The notes below the pieces were generated by a model. It did no database searches, had not been told where the DNA came from, and was given only the letters and a program-made list of their open reading frames with translations. The translations under genes and the position numbers were made by a program. This document shows, one piece after another, positions 28,070 to 43,046 of a DNA stretch of 64,000 bases; the stretch's first letter is position 1, and every line of letters begins with the position of its first letter. The DNA is from the human T2T-CHM13v2.0 reference genome, Homo sapiens. The stretch lies in assembly GCF_009914755.1 (NCBI RefSeq), contig NC_060930.1, one strand, 5' to 3'.

Positions 28070-29286
28070 CATATTTAGTTTTCCCTATAGTCACCTTTAT
28101 TATGAAATGACATAATTAACTCTGCTCATCATTGGAGATAAACAGATTAGGAAGACGTGGATGGCCCCATAATAATTAAATAATGGGAAAAGTAGTCATT
28201 GACAGCAAAATATTTTTACTTATTTTTGTCAGAGGAAATAGAATACATGTGATAGAATAGAAGGCCTCAACATGTGTCTGCAATAACAGCAGGAAGCAAT
28301 TTGGTTATTGCAATGCTAGCTATTTGTCCTGACATCAGCAGGGACAACTGAGAGTGGGACTGAGAAGGGTTACTTGAAGTACTATATAGTGTAACTATGT
28401 TTCTTGGCCATCCTAAACTCTCCTCCCCAGAGTAGAGCTAATAAGGGGTTTATTACCTGACAAAATCTCTATGTACTTTATGTGAAATTTAAAAAAATTA
28501 ATAATTTTCTATAGAAATAATGCTAGTATTGCTGTGAATGCCTCAGAACAAGGCCAGTCCTTCCTGGCCTTACAACACATTTAGGACCATGCGTTGTAAA
28601 CTGAATGCTGCCATCTCACAAAACTTGCATATCACTCAGAGTTTATTTTCAATAGAGAGGCCAATCAAGGTAGTAGTATTCATCTAATAGCAGAGGGAAC
28701 CCGCTCCCACTATTTTTCTTTTATTTATAACCATGATGATATTATTATATTCACTTGATATACGGGGAATGTCACTAGCATGACAAAGAAAAATAAACAA
28801 GTTAATCTAGAGGGGAAAAAAGAGGTAATTTAAAAATAGAAGGAAACTTTAAACAAATTCTAATTAATACACTCAGTATCATATAAAGTGCTTCTTTTAA
28901 GCCTCTAAGTTATGCAGTAATTACTTTTGTAGCAATAGTAATTAGAATATTCATCATAACATAATCAGCTATTCTATAATCCTTAATTTTTTAACATACA
29001 TATAGTATTATTGTGATAATAGTAAATAAATACACATGAAAGTAATAGGTCAAAAAAAGTAATATGAAGATAGTTAATCATCTATGTTACAAGCTATCAA
29101 CTTTGAATCAAATCATGGAGAACATTCTAAGATTTAAACAATGGATTATTTTTTTCTTAAGTGCTATGACTATTTATAAATTACAGAAAGTTTTATTTAA
29201 TTTTAATATTGATTATATCATGACTTCTCTATTTTTTGGAGTTTGCAATTCTATTTCTTCTGTTTATTATTATTGTACAAACTCTA

Positions 29287-29650
29287 TGTATTAGTCCATT
29301 CTCACACTGCTGATAAAGACATACCTGAGATTGGATAATTTATGAAGGAAAAGAGGTTTAGTGACTCACAGTTCCACATGGCTGGGGAGGCCTCACAATC
29401 ATGGCAGAAGGCAAAATGCACATATTACATGGTGGCAGGCAAGAGAGAGAAAGAGAACCAAGTGAAAGGGGCTTCTCCTTATAAAACCGTCAGATTTCGT
29501 GAGACTTACTCACTACCACAAGAACAGTATGGGGAAAACAGCCCCCATGATCCAATTATCTCCCACCAGTTTCCCCCCACAACATGTGGGAATAATGAGA
29601 GCTACAATTCAAGATGAGATTGGGGTAGGGACACAGCCAAAGCTGTAACT
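29287..29650 (-). mobile_element. THE1B-like MaLR solo LTR
   Basis: tgtattagtccattctcacactgctgataaagacatacctgag ... tacaattcaagatgagattggggtagggacacagccaaa. Confidence 0.9.
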
Positions 29651-29899
29651 AGCTTTCTGTTTTAACTAGAAACACTGTGTTCGATGTTCAATACATTTTC
29701 TTCTTGAAGCTATTTTTCATGTATTGTTCCAAATTTCTCATCTAATTTAAGATAATTTCCTTGTGGCTTTCTTATACATCTGTCACCACAAATTTGTTTA
29801 TGTGCATATATAGTTATATGCAAAAACATGCCCAGATATATATACACACAGTCATATATGTATATGTAAATCTATATAGTTAGTATCACAGTTTTAAAA

Positions 29900-30300
29900 A
29901 ATGTCTCAGCAAATCCACAATATACTTTACCTCTGAAATCCCAGAGTAATTACTTAACATATTTCTGAAAAATTCTGAAATATTTTATGTCCAAAAATGC
30001 ATTCTCAATTTTTCATGGTACACAATTATAGGTTGAAGAAAATACTTTTATTCCTCAGAAATTTGAGCAACATTTTCTCTTATTATTATTATTTGCACAT
30101 AGTATTGCTGATGAAGAACCTGGTTCTGCATTTTCCTTTCTGTGATCTATCAGGACCTGAGCTATATTTTGATTTTCTAAAATTTAACCAAAGCATGCCT
30201 AGATGTGATTCTTTTGTAATTCATGCTACCCCTCCAAATTTGTGAATAAAAGAATATGCCATTGGTATAGACAACTCTTGTCTTTTCATTTTGAAATCAG
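29900..30300 (-). mobile_element. Decayed L1/HAL1 ORF1-like fragment
   Basis: gtattgctgatgaagaac and aaatttaaccaaagcatgcctagatgtg resemble reverse-strand ORF1 motifs. Confidence 0.35.
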
Positions 30301-31389
30301 AAGTCTCCAATTTGTCTCTCCCCAAATTGGAGGCACACTGTAAAACTGGAAGAAAAATAGTCTTACAGTCTTCATTTAAAAAATGCATGGGTAGAGGAAT
30401 AGACAAGCAGGCTGTGGACCTACTCAGTCTAAATGCCAATTTTAGAATGACTTTGTAATCTAAATACAGCACTTTCTGTAGTTCCCTTATGGAAACAACT
30501 GCTTTCTTTCTTTCCTCCCTTGTAATTCCATATATCATTTTACCCATTAGTATGATGATCTTATATATTATCTATTTCCAGAAATCTACTGATTGCATCT
30601 ATTTCAAATATCAGTTGCGTTGCAGGATTTTTCCCTGTTGATAATATTTTCTGTTGATATAAGAGGATATTTACTTATTTGTTTATTTAATTACTTTAAT
30701 GGAAGAAAGTAAACAAAATTATTCATACTCTTCTCTTGAACCAGACATTCAAGTTCATTAAAATTTCTTCAATTCCTTATGAAATAAGCAATGCCTAAAG
30801 AAATAGCAAAATGTTATTTAGTGGCAGAGGTATTTGAGGGCATGTAAATGTAAGTAATAAAGCCAATGTCACCTTTGCTCAAATTCTTAAATTACAAACC
30901 ACTTTGTTGATGGTGAAGAGAAAGGTATATGTGTATCTGAATCAGTCTTGACAGTGTTGAGGCTGTGACTTACACGTAGGACAGTGTTCAGTGTGCAACT
31001 CATTCTTGTGGGTGAGACATAGTCATAAATAGCCGAGATAAGACTGAGACCTGGAGCACATGTAATGCTGTGCTCTAATTCACCCCCTTTCTCTCAGTCC
31101 TTCACTGCCTGTCACAGTGTTATGACATAGTGGTTGATAACCACTGGTTTGGAGAACTGGATATCACAGAAGCTTGTCCTCTTCTGCCAGTGGGTATAAC
31201 AGGCAGTTTGTAAACAATAGTAGCAGTAACAAGTAAAAAAAAGTATCATGATGCTTGGTCCACTTTTTGGGGATCATGTCTAAACACATTTTTAAAAATT
31301 CTAGGTATGTCATGCAATGAATCTATTTCATGTTTGTTATAGTTTTGATCTTTCTTATTGTGTTTTTTACATATGTTTAAAAATAAACA

Positions 31390-31860
31390 TTTAATTTTGA
31401 GATAATTTTAGATTCCCATGAATTTTTGTTTGTTTGTTTTTTGAGACGGAGTCTTGTTCTGTCGCCCAGGCTGGAGTGCAGTGGCACCATCTCGGCTCAC
31501 TGAAAGCTCTGCCTCTCGGGTTCATGCCATTCTCCTGCCTCAGCCTCTCCGAGTAGCTGGGACTACAGGCTCCCGCCACCACGCCCGGCTAATTTTTTTG
31601 TATTTTTTAGTAGAGACGGAATTTCACCATGTTAGCCAGGATGGTCTCGATCTCCTAACCTCGTGATCCGCCCACCTCGGCCTCCCAAAGTGCTGGGATT
31701 ACAGGCCTGAGCCACCGCGCCCGGCCAATTCACATGAAAATTTGAAGGAATAGTACGGAGAGATCCCATGCACTCTTTACTCAGTTTATTCCAATGGTGA
31801 CATATTCTAAAACTATAGTATATCACAGGCAGGATATAAGCATTCATACAGTCAAAATAG
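31390..31860 (-). mobile_element. L1MC-like 3' end, interrupted by AluY
   Basis: ttttgagataattttagattc...acggagagatcccatgcactctttactcagttt...aaaactatagta...catacagtcaa. Confidence 0.7.
31423..31726 (-). mobile_element. AluY
   Basis: Y-type diagnostics (gttcatgccattctcc, gttagccaggatggtctcgatctcc). Imperfect TSD gattcccatgaa / aattcacatgaa. Confidence 0.95.
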
Positions 31861-32277
31861 AAAAAAAAAATTAAAAAGTTTTTTGACACATTTTGGAATT
31901 AATTCTGCATCCACAAGAAAATAGATATAAAATCTCATTAAATTTTGATATTATCATAATTTCTCAGTGAATCTTAAAACAAAATAGTATCAGAACATTG
32001 TACTCTTGATTACTACTTCTCTTTAAACACCCACCAACCTAAGAACATTCTTTCCTGTTTGGATATAATCACTGCCCCAAGTGACCACATAAAACATCTT
32101 CTGGCTTCCAGACCTTGCTTTGGATTCAATGTCAAGAAGAGGTTTGCAATGTTGATCATGCCTCTCAACAGCAGTCCCTTAATTCACTCCTCACTAACTC
32201 TTTTAGGATTTCTCACATTCTCAATACCACTTTTCTGGCAAAATGCTTTTTGAATAAGCTTGCATTTTGGATATAAT

Positions 32278-32519
32278 TCATTTATTTAAGAATCTTTTAT
32301 TCTGTATAGCCACTGTGTGTCTGGCTCCATATTAAGTGCTAGGGATACAAAGATTACTAAACTGAGGATCAAGCCTTCCAGTACTTCACAAAATAATGAG
32401 TAGACAGAAAAGCAAAGAAACATAAGTCAACATATTGCTTACAATTGCATAATAGAAACACAAGTGAAATTGTTTTATGTGGTCCAATGAGATATAGTTA
32501 CTAAAAATTACATGAAGAT
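32278..32519 (-). mobile_element. L2 3' end fragment
   Basis: tcatttatttaa...ctgtgtgtctggctccatattaagtgctagggatacaaag...gccttccagtacttcaca. Confidence 0.55.
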
Positions 32520-32818
32520 GGTCGGGCCTGGTCGCTCACGCCTGTAATCCCAGCACTTTGGGAGGCCGATGCGAGCAGATAACGAGGTCAGGAGATCAAG
32601 ACCATCCTGGCTAACATGGTGAAACCTCGTCTCTACTAAAAATACAAAAAATTAGCCGGGTGTGGTGGCAGGCGCCAGTAGTCCCAGCTACTCGGGAGGC
32701 CAAGGCAGCAGAATGGTGTGAACCCACGAGGCGGAACTTGTAGTGAGCCGAGATGGTGCCACTGACCTCCAGCCTGGGCAATAGAGCGAGACTCCGTTAC
32801 AAATAAAAAATAAAAAAT
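32520..32818 (+). mobile_element. AluY (or AluSc8/Y-like)
   Basis: ggagatcaagaccatcctggctaac and gaatggtgtgaaccc. TSD aattacatgaagat (32506-32519); the right copy carries an extra 8-bp duplication. Confidence 0.93.
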
Positions 32819-32869
32819 AATTACATGATTACATGAAGATAAATTTTGGTTCAAAAGATGAACTCTGTA

Positions 32870-33040
32870 ATAGTCTTGATGGGAAGGTGCTGCCTCAAGA
32901 GATGGTGAGTTCTCTGCCACTATAGTATTTGGGGCATAGACTGCAACCACTTGGTGGGGATCTAGTAGAAGAAATCCAAACATTGTGTAAGCACTTACTA
33001 GAAGCCTTTAAAGGAGTCTTCAAACCCTGATACCTTATGA
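32870..33040 (+). mobile_element. CR1/L3 (or MIR3) 3' tail fragment
   Basis: gagttctctgccact...gactgcaaccacttggtggggatctagtaga...cttcaaaccctgataccttatga resembles the CR1/L3 terminus. Confidence 0.55.
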
Positions 33041-33636
33041 AATCTATTCACAGCTCTGCTTGGGGCTACTGCCTAATTTGGAAACCACTGGCTTCTAAAA
33101 TCTTGAGTTATCTTTAAATATTAATAGAACACTCTTAGAGCAAATGTATTAAGTAGCACTTTAACACTTTCCTATTATTCTGAGAAGAGTGTTTTATCTA
33201 CCTAGTCCAATTCTTTTCATACAATGGTAAAATGACACTCTACTTTTTATCTTAACAGAACAAAAAATATGGAAAATATTTATGCTGCATTTTTTTTTAT
33301 TTTTTTGTCTATAATAATGAAATGTATTAAAGAATTTATTTAATACAATTGGCATTGTACTTTCTTCTTTTAACTGCCTGGTTCCTTAGAAAACTTGAAC
33401 ATAGAAATGATATTTCAAAATGCTTTTTCCTGCAATTGATATAGCTAAAGTAAAGCAACTTATGAAGGGGGAAATTTCTTCTCATTAATTGGATATTTTG
33501 CTAAGAATACTGAATGAAGTTGTCCTGTCATGTACAGCCTGGAATTATTCATTCCCAACCTGAACCACAATCTGGAGTGACCTGTAGGTTGGGTAGGTTT
33601 TGGAATTATGGAAAAGAGTTCAGGAATATAGTCATT

Positions 33637-36540
<2,904 letters not shown>

Positions 36541-36639
36541 TGAATTGATTTAAAGATAAATTTCTGGCTGTGATTTCAACTTATAGAAGTATTTTAATTA
36601 GTTATATTATTTTTTATGATTAATACTAATTTTGTATTT

Positions 36640-38280
36640 ATTATTTTCTAAAAATTTAACTTGTGTTGTTAGTTACAAGAGGTATCTGCACAGATTTGTT
36701 ACATTAGAATATTGAATGACTGAGGTTTGGAAAATGGATCCTTCACCCTAGTAGTAGGCATAATACCCAATACATAGTTTTTAAAACCACCCTCCTCCCT
36801 CCACATTCTAATAGTCCACAGTGTCTATTGTTCCCATGTTTATGTCCATGTGAGCTCAATGCTTATCTCCCACTTATAAGTGAGAACATGTGGTATTTGG
36901 TTTTCTATTCCTGCATTAATTTCCTCAGTATTATGGCCTCCAGCTCTATCCATGTTGCTGCAAAGGGCATAATGTCATTCTTTTTCATGGCTGCATAGTA
37001 TTCTATGGTGTACATGTTTATCCATTCTATTATTGGTGGGCACCTGGTTTGATATTCCATGTCTTTGCTAATGTGAATAGTGCATTGATGAACATATGAG
37101 TGCACGTGGTTTTTTTTTGGCAGAATGATATATTTTCTTTCAAGTATATATACTCAGTAATGGGATTGTTGGTTTGAACAGTAGCCCTTTTTTAAGTTCT
37201 TTGGGAAATCGCCAAACTGTTTTCACCAGTGGCTCAACCAATTTACATTTCCATCAACAGTTTATAAGTATTCCCCTTTATTCACAGTGTTGTTTTTTGA
37301 CTTTGTAATAATAGTTATCCTGGCTGGTGTGAAATGGTATCCCATTGTGGTTTTGATTTGCATTGTCTGATGATTAGCTATATGAAATATATGTACATAT
37401 ATTGTTGGCCATCTGTATGTCTTCTTTTGAGAAGTGTCTGTTCATGTAATTTGCCCATTTTTTAATGGACTTATTTTTCTCTTGTTGGTTTAAGTTTCCT
37501 ATAGATTCTAGATATTATACCTTAGTCAGATACATAGTTTGTGAATATCTTCTCCCATACTGCAGGTTGTCTGCTTTCTCTATTGATAGTTTCCTTTTCT
37601 GTACAAAAGCTCTTTAGTTTAATTATATCCCATTTGTCTATTTTTGTTTTGTTGCAATTTATTTTGGGTACTTAGCCAAAAATTGTTTGCCAAGACTGAT
37701 GTTGAGAAAAATATTTTCAAGGTTGTCTTACAGAATTTTTATAGTTTCAGGTCTCACATTTAAATCATTAATCCATTTTGAGATAATTTTTATATATGGT
37801 GAAACATAGGGGTTCAGCTTTGATCTGTTGTATATGGCTAACCAGTTATCCCAACACCATTTATTGAATAGGGAGGGCTTTCCTCATTGCTTGTTTTTGT
37901 TGGTCGTGTCGAAGATCAAATCGTTGCAGGGTGTGTGACTTTATTTCTGAGTTTTCCCATTAGTCTATCTGTCTGCTTTTGTACAAGTACCAAGCTGTTT
38001 TGTTACTGTAGCTTTATAGTGTAGTCTGAAATCAGGTAGTGTGAAGCCTCTGGCTTTGTCCTTTTTGTTTAGGATTGCTTTGGCTATTTGGTTCTTTTTA
38101 GGTTGTCTATGAATTTTAGAATAGTTTTTATTTTCTAATTTTGTGAAGAATGATGTTAGTAGTTTGAGAGGAATAACATTTAATTTATAAATTGCTTTGG
38201 GCAGTATGGTCATTTTAACAATATTGATTCTTTGAATCCATGAGCATGGAATATTTTTTCCATTTATTTGTGTTGTGTCT
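36640..38280 (-). mobile_element. L1PA15/16-like LINE-1 3' fragment
   Basis: Older 3'UTR (gcataatacccaatacatagttttt, gtgtctattgttccc) and ORF2 remnant [12 protein letters not shown]. Confidence 0.85.
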
Positions 38281-39316
38281 TGTTACTGTAAAGAAATAAT
38301 TGCAACATAACGTGATTGGTTTAAATGTGTGCATAGTACTATGGGATATTTCCTAACAGGCAATTTTTATAGTAAGTTAGCCACAAAAGTAAACAATATT
38401 CTTATCCTATTATCTGCTTTCAATAAGTTTTTCACTCATAAACTATGAAAGGCCATTTAAAAATATTTTTAAAGTTTGTTGATTTAGTTGCAATAATTAC
38501 ATGTAGAATCTTTCACATTTAATCTGGCTATTTGATTACTTAGGTAAATAACAATGTTTGGAATTCTTTCTATGTGGTAATATGTATTAAATTTTAAGGG
38601 ATTCTTTACAAATGACACGTAGTAATCAAGAAAAGTTGCTGAGGTACACACATATAAGCATGTAATTTTTTAAAACTACACTTAATTTGTCAGAAAATAG
38701 AGTTTTAAATATCAATTTTCATTTTTCTTATATCAAGCTTTGCCACATTTGTGAATTGTTTATTTGCCTACATTTTTTATGTAGGATTGCATTACTATAT
38801 TTTCTCATTTCCTATTCCACTGAATTCTGAATAAGTTTTAAGAATGTGGCAAATTCTGGTGGTGTTCTGAGTGTTATTGGATCATTGTTTCCCCTTTATA
38901 TGTTTAATCTCTCTTGATTTTTTAATATACTCCAGTGGAAAATATTTCATATGCAAATTGTTTTGATAATCATCTGTCTACATTTTTCTTTAATATTTTA
39001 CTTTTTCACTTTATAAAGAATAAAATCCCATTAATTCCATTATATTAAACTTTTTTGTTTGTAGAAATTTGTAATGTAAAATTATATATGCAGTCAGAAA
39101 TACGGGAAGAAATAGAAGCCCATGCAACAAGAATAAACAAAAATCTAGTCCTTTGGGGTTGACAGCTGTTTATGGCTACCTTTCTAGCAACTAATTGCCT
39201 TTCTCAGTAAGGAAAAGTTTTAGTGCAGATTCAGATCTCTTTTATTTTTAATAGAAATGATTATTGTAACTGTCATGAGTATATCCTTTTTAGTTTGTTA
39301 GAAACGCATTTATCTC

Positions 39317-39392
39317 TGTGTGTGCGTGTATGCGTCTGTGTTGTATGTGTGTGAGAATGTGTGTGTGTATATGTGTGTGTGTCTGTGTGTAT
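39317..39392. repeat. Degenerate (TG)n tract
   Basis: Directly visible. Confidence 0.85.
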
Positions 39393-39424
39393 GTTCAATA
39401 TTTTTGCTTTCTTTTCTTTTCTTT

Positions 39425-41025
39425 TTTAATTTTTTGACCAATTGGTTTCAGGAGTGTGTTATTTAATTTCTAGATATTTTTTATTTTTTCAAATTTTCTT
39501 TCTGTTACTAATTTCCAGCTTCTTTCCATAATGATTGAGAAAGACAGTTGATATAATTTCTATCTTCTTCAATTTCCTAAGACTTGTTTTGTGACCAAAC
39601 ATGTTATATTGGAGAATGTTTCTTATGCACTTGAGAATAAAGTGAATTCTGCTGCTGTTGGGTGGAATATTCTGTATATGTTTGTTAGGTTCATTTGATC
39701 TACGGTGTTGGTGAAGTCCACTATTTCCTTATTGATTTTCTGTCTAGATATTCTAGCCACTGTTGAATGTGAGATATTCAAGTCTCTTACTAGTATTGTA
39801 TTGCTGTCTCTCCCTTCAGTTCTGTGAATTTTTTTTTTATATATTTAGGTGCTCTAATGTTGAATGCATATATACTTATAATTGTTATACTTTCCTGGGA
39901 AACTGACCTTTTATCATTATATAGCTTCCTTCATTGTCCTGTGACAGTTTCTGATTTAAAATATATTTTGTCTGATAAAAGTGCAGCCAAATCTGTTGTC
40001 TTTTGTTTAACATTTGCATAGATATTTTTCCATTCCTTCACTTGCAGCATATGTGTGTCTTTATTTATTTATTTATGTATTTATTTCTATTTATTTTTGA
40101 GACGGAGTCTTGCTCTGTCATCCAGGCTGGAGTGCAGTGGCTAAGCTCACTGCAACCTCTGCCTCCCAGGTTCAAGCAATTCTCCTGCCTCAGCCTCCAG
40201 AGTTGCTAGGATTACATGCACACGCCACCATGCCCAGCTAATTTTTGTATTTTTTTAGTAGAGAGGGGATTTCACCATGTTGACCAGGCTGGTCTCGAAC
40301 TCCTGACCTTGTGATCCACCCACCTCAGCCTCCCAAAGTGCTGGGATTACAGGAATGAGCCACCGCACCCGGCCATGTGTGTCTTTAAATCTGAAGTGAG
40401 TGTCTTGTAGACAACATGAATTTGGATCTCATTTTTTAATCAATTGAGTGTTTTTAATCCATCTGTGTCTTATAATTGGGGGCTTTAATTCACTTAGCAT
40501 TTAAAGAAATGATTGATAGTGAAAAACTCATTACTGGCATTTTGTTAATTATTTTCTGTATGCCTTATTCTTCTTTTGCTACTCATTTTTTTCTCCTTTT
40601 GTCTTCCTTTGTGTTCTGTTGATTTTTTTTGTAGCGATATGCTTTGATTCCATTACCTTTATATTTTGTGTATCTTCTATAAAAATTATTTTTCAGATAC
40701 TCCAATGCTTCATAAAACATTTCATAGTTATAAGTCTACTTTATGTGATAATAATTTAATTTCAATCACATACAATAACTCTCTTCACTTTTACATCCCC
40801 CCATTTTATGTTATTGATGTCATAATATATATTATTTTATATAGTGTATCGATCAATAAATTGTTGTAGCTATTATTCTTAATACTTTTTGTCTTTTAGC
40901 CCTTATAATAAGATAAAAGTGATTTACACACCACCATTATAGTATTACAGTATTCTGTATTTGACTATATATTTATCTTTTACTAATGAGTATTATACTT
41001 TTATATATTTCATGTTGCTATTTTT
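39425..41025 (-). mobile_element. Old L1M endonuclease and inter-ORF region, interrupted by an Alu
   Basis: ggagaatgtttcttatgcacttgagaa, ttctgctgctgttgggtggaatattctgtatatg and ggtgctctaatgttgaatgcatatatac are reverse-strand L1 EN-domain sequence. Confidence 0.8.
40064..40374 (-). mobile_element. AluS (Sg-like) with (TTTA)n tail
   Basis: Dimeric Alu. TSD atgtgtgtcttta (40051-40063 / 40375-40387). Confidence 0.96.
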
Positions 41026-41144
41026 AAGGAAATACAAGTTCCTTAAAATGACAATGGCAATTTTTATTGACATGCATCTGGGAATGTACGTAGTTGTTCT
41101 ATGCTTCATATGAACTGACTGGGGACCAATAATCTAAGTACCAA

Positions 41145-41328
41145 TTATATACTTAGATATATATTTATTACATATATAATATATACATTATATATATAAT
41201 ATATGTATAATTGGTATTTGGATTATACACAATACACACATATACCATATATATATACACACATATATACATATATACATAAATACATATATATACATAT
41301 ATACATATATACATATGTATATATATAT
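41145..41328. repeat. (TA)/(TACA)-rich low-complexity repeat
   Basis: Directly visible. Confidence 0.9.
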
Positions 41329-41659
41329 GATCAGGTAATGACTAGTGAAGTTATTTTGACTTATTTAAAAATTTTGTCATTAGCTCTTATTGGATATTAA
41401 ATTGTAAAGCAATTCTAATAATTAATTTTATGTACTATCCACAACTTATATTCGCCTTTACATTTTTTTCTCCAGTTATATTGTTCCCAACCTCTGTCTT
41501 CTACATCCTTTTTTTCCATAGTCTGTCAGTACAAGGACTTTCTTCCACCTTTCCCCCGATACTACCTCTTAACTGTTACCAAATTCTCAAGTACTTTTCC
41601 TGATCTTATAAGTGTGATATTATTAGTACTATATAGAAAACAAAGGCCATTGTCTCTTC

Positions 41660-41790
41660 ATTCAGACCCCAGATCCTGACCTTCTGGCTCTGTGAATACA
41701 GACAAGTTATATAATATTGAGAGCCTCAGTCTTTTCCTCTGTACAATGGATTAACACATTTTTTCAGTATTAATGCATTATTGAGATGGA
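41660..41790 (+). mobile_element. MIR fragment
   Basis: ctggctctgtga...gacaagtta...gagcctcagtcttttcctctgtacaatgg matches the MIR core. Confidence 0.65.
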
Positions 41791-43046
41791 ATAGATGAAA
41801 GAAGGAATTTTGCAAATGGTATTTATTGTTTAAGGTATATTTTAAAGCTAAATCTAATTTTTGTGGGAAATTTATATCATGAGACCCTTGTATTTTGATT
41901 ATTTGGCTACTAATAAAAATACTATGTTTTGAATGACTTGATTTCAATCCGAATTAAAAATTGAAAGGGCAAATCTCTCCTAATTTTGGGGGTGATAGCC
42001 AGGGAAGTGACGGGAATCAGGCACAAAGGACTCTAGATGTCCCAAACTCACATTTTATATTTTTGTTTGAGAATTGTCATCTCAATTGAAATTTCTAAAT
42101 TTCTATGATGAGGTTGCAAATTTACTCCCATTGTATTTAGATGGCAAAAAAAAAATTTAGCTTAGCTCTTATATAATTGATTTGTTCTTCTCCCATGGGT
42201 TCCTCTCTGAAATTACAGGAAAGTATACTATTAAATATACTCACACTCAGGTACACATACACACACAGACACACACTGCACGTGTAGTATTGTGAGACTT
42301 GAGAAACTTAGAATGGCCAAATGATTTGCATCATTAGTTTATGCAATCCAATCTGTTCATGACATTTCAGTATTTCATATTCAAATATTTCCTCTGACTC
42401 TTTCCAATATAGTATCTGTGTATGAAAGTTTGTATAATCATGTCTTGGGGAATGTATACTGGCTAGTGTTTTCAGTGAAGATGTTGGGCAAAACCTATTC
42501 TTGGGCATTCTGCAGGCAAAGTTGGTGGATTCTGCAATCTGTAATCTGGTTTCCCAGAGGAGTCACATCACCTCACCTTGGCTATTGCCAGCATTTTATA
42601 TTCCCATAGTTCTGACCCAAATTATCTGTCCTGCAGCTTTTAGTTTCAGGGTAGCTTCACACTTACTTCAGCAAAATCCCCAGCGAGCTTGACTAACAGC
42701 ACCCTCAGATTTCATACATTCTTCCATAGAGCACAGAACAACTTCTGAATGCCATTTATGTGACACAGGAACTGAAAGAGGCCCTACCTAGCAAAACATG
42801 AAGGGGAGCACAGCATGTCCTCTCTCTACCTTCTTGAAAATCTTCACCCTTCATTTCACAATGCTACTGGATGTTTGGAGTCAGTTTTCTCTGTCATTTT
42901 TCTACAATTCACAGGAGCAGAAGAGATGTCCTGCCTTTTGGCCCTTTTTCCTAGTGGAGATGCTCATAAATATCTCATACTGCATGTCTAAAATAATATG
43001 CATGTTCTGTCTTTTTCCCATATCTGCCATAAAGAAACTAGATTGT

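Noticed and set aside
28120-28620. Possible ancient LTR ending in ...ccatctcaca
   Set aside because: I could not match it to a family or find TSDs, so it is left unannotated.
42667-42787. Possible minus-strand exon ending GAA|gtaagt
   Set aside because: Stops in all three frames and ambiguous acceptors; cannot be told apart from cryptic sites.
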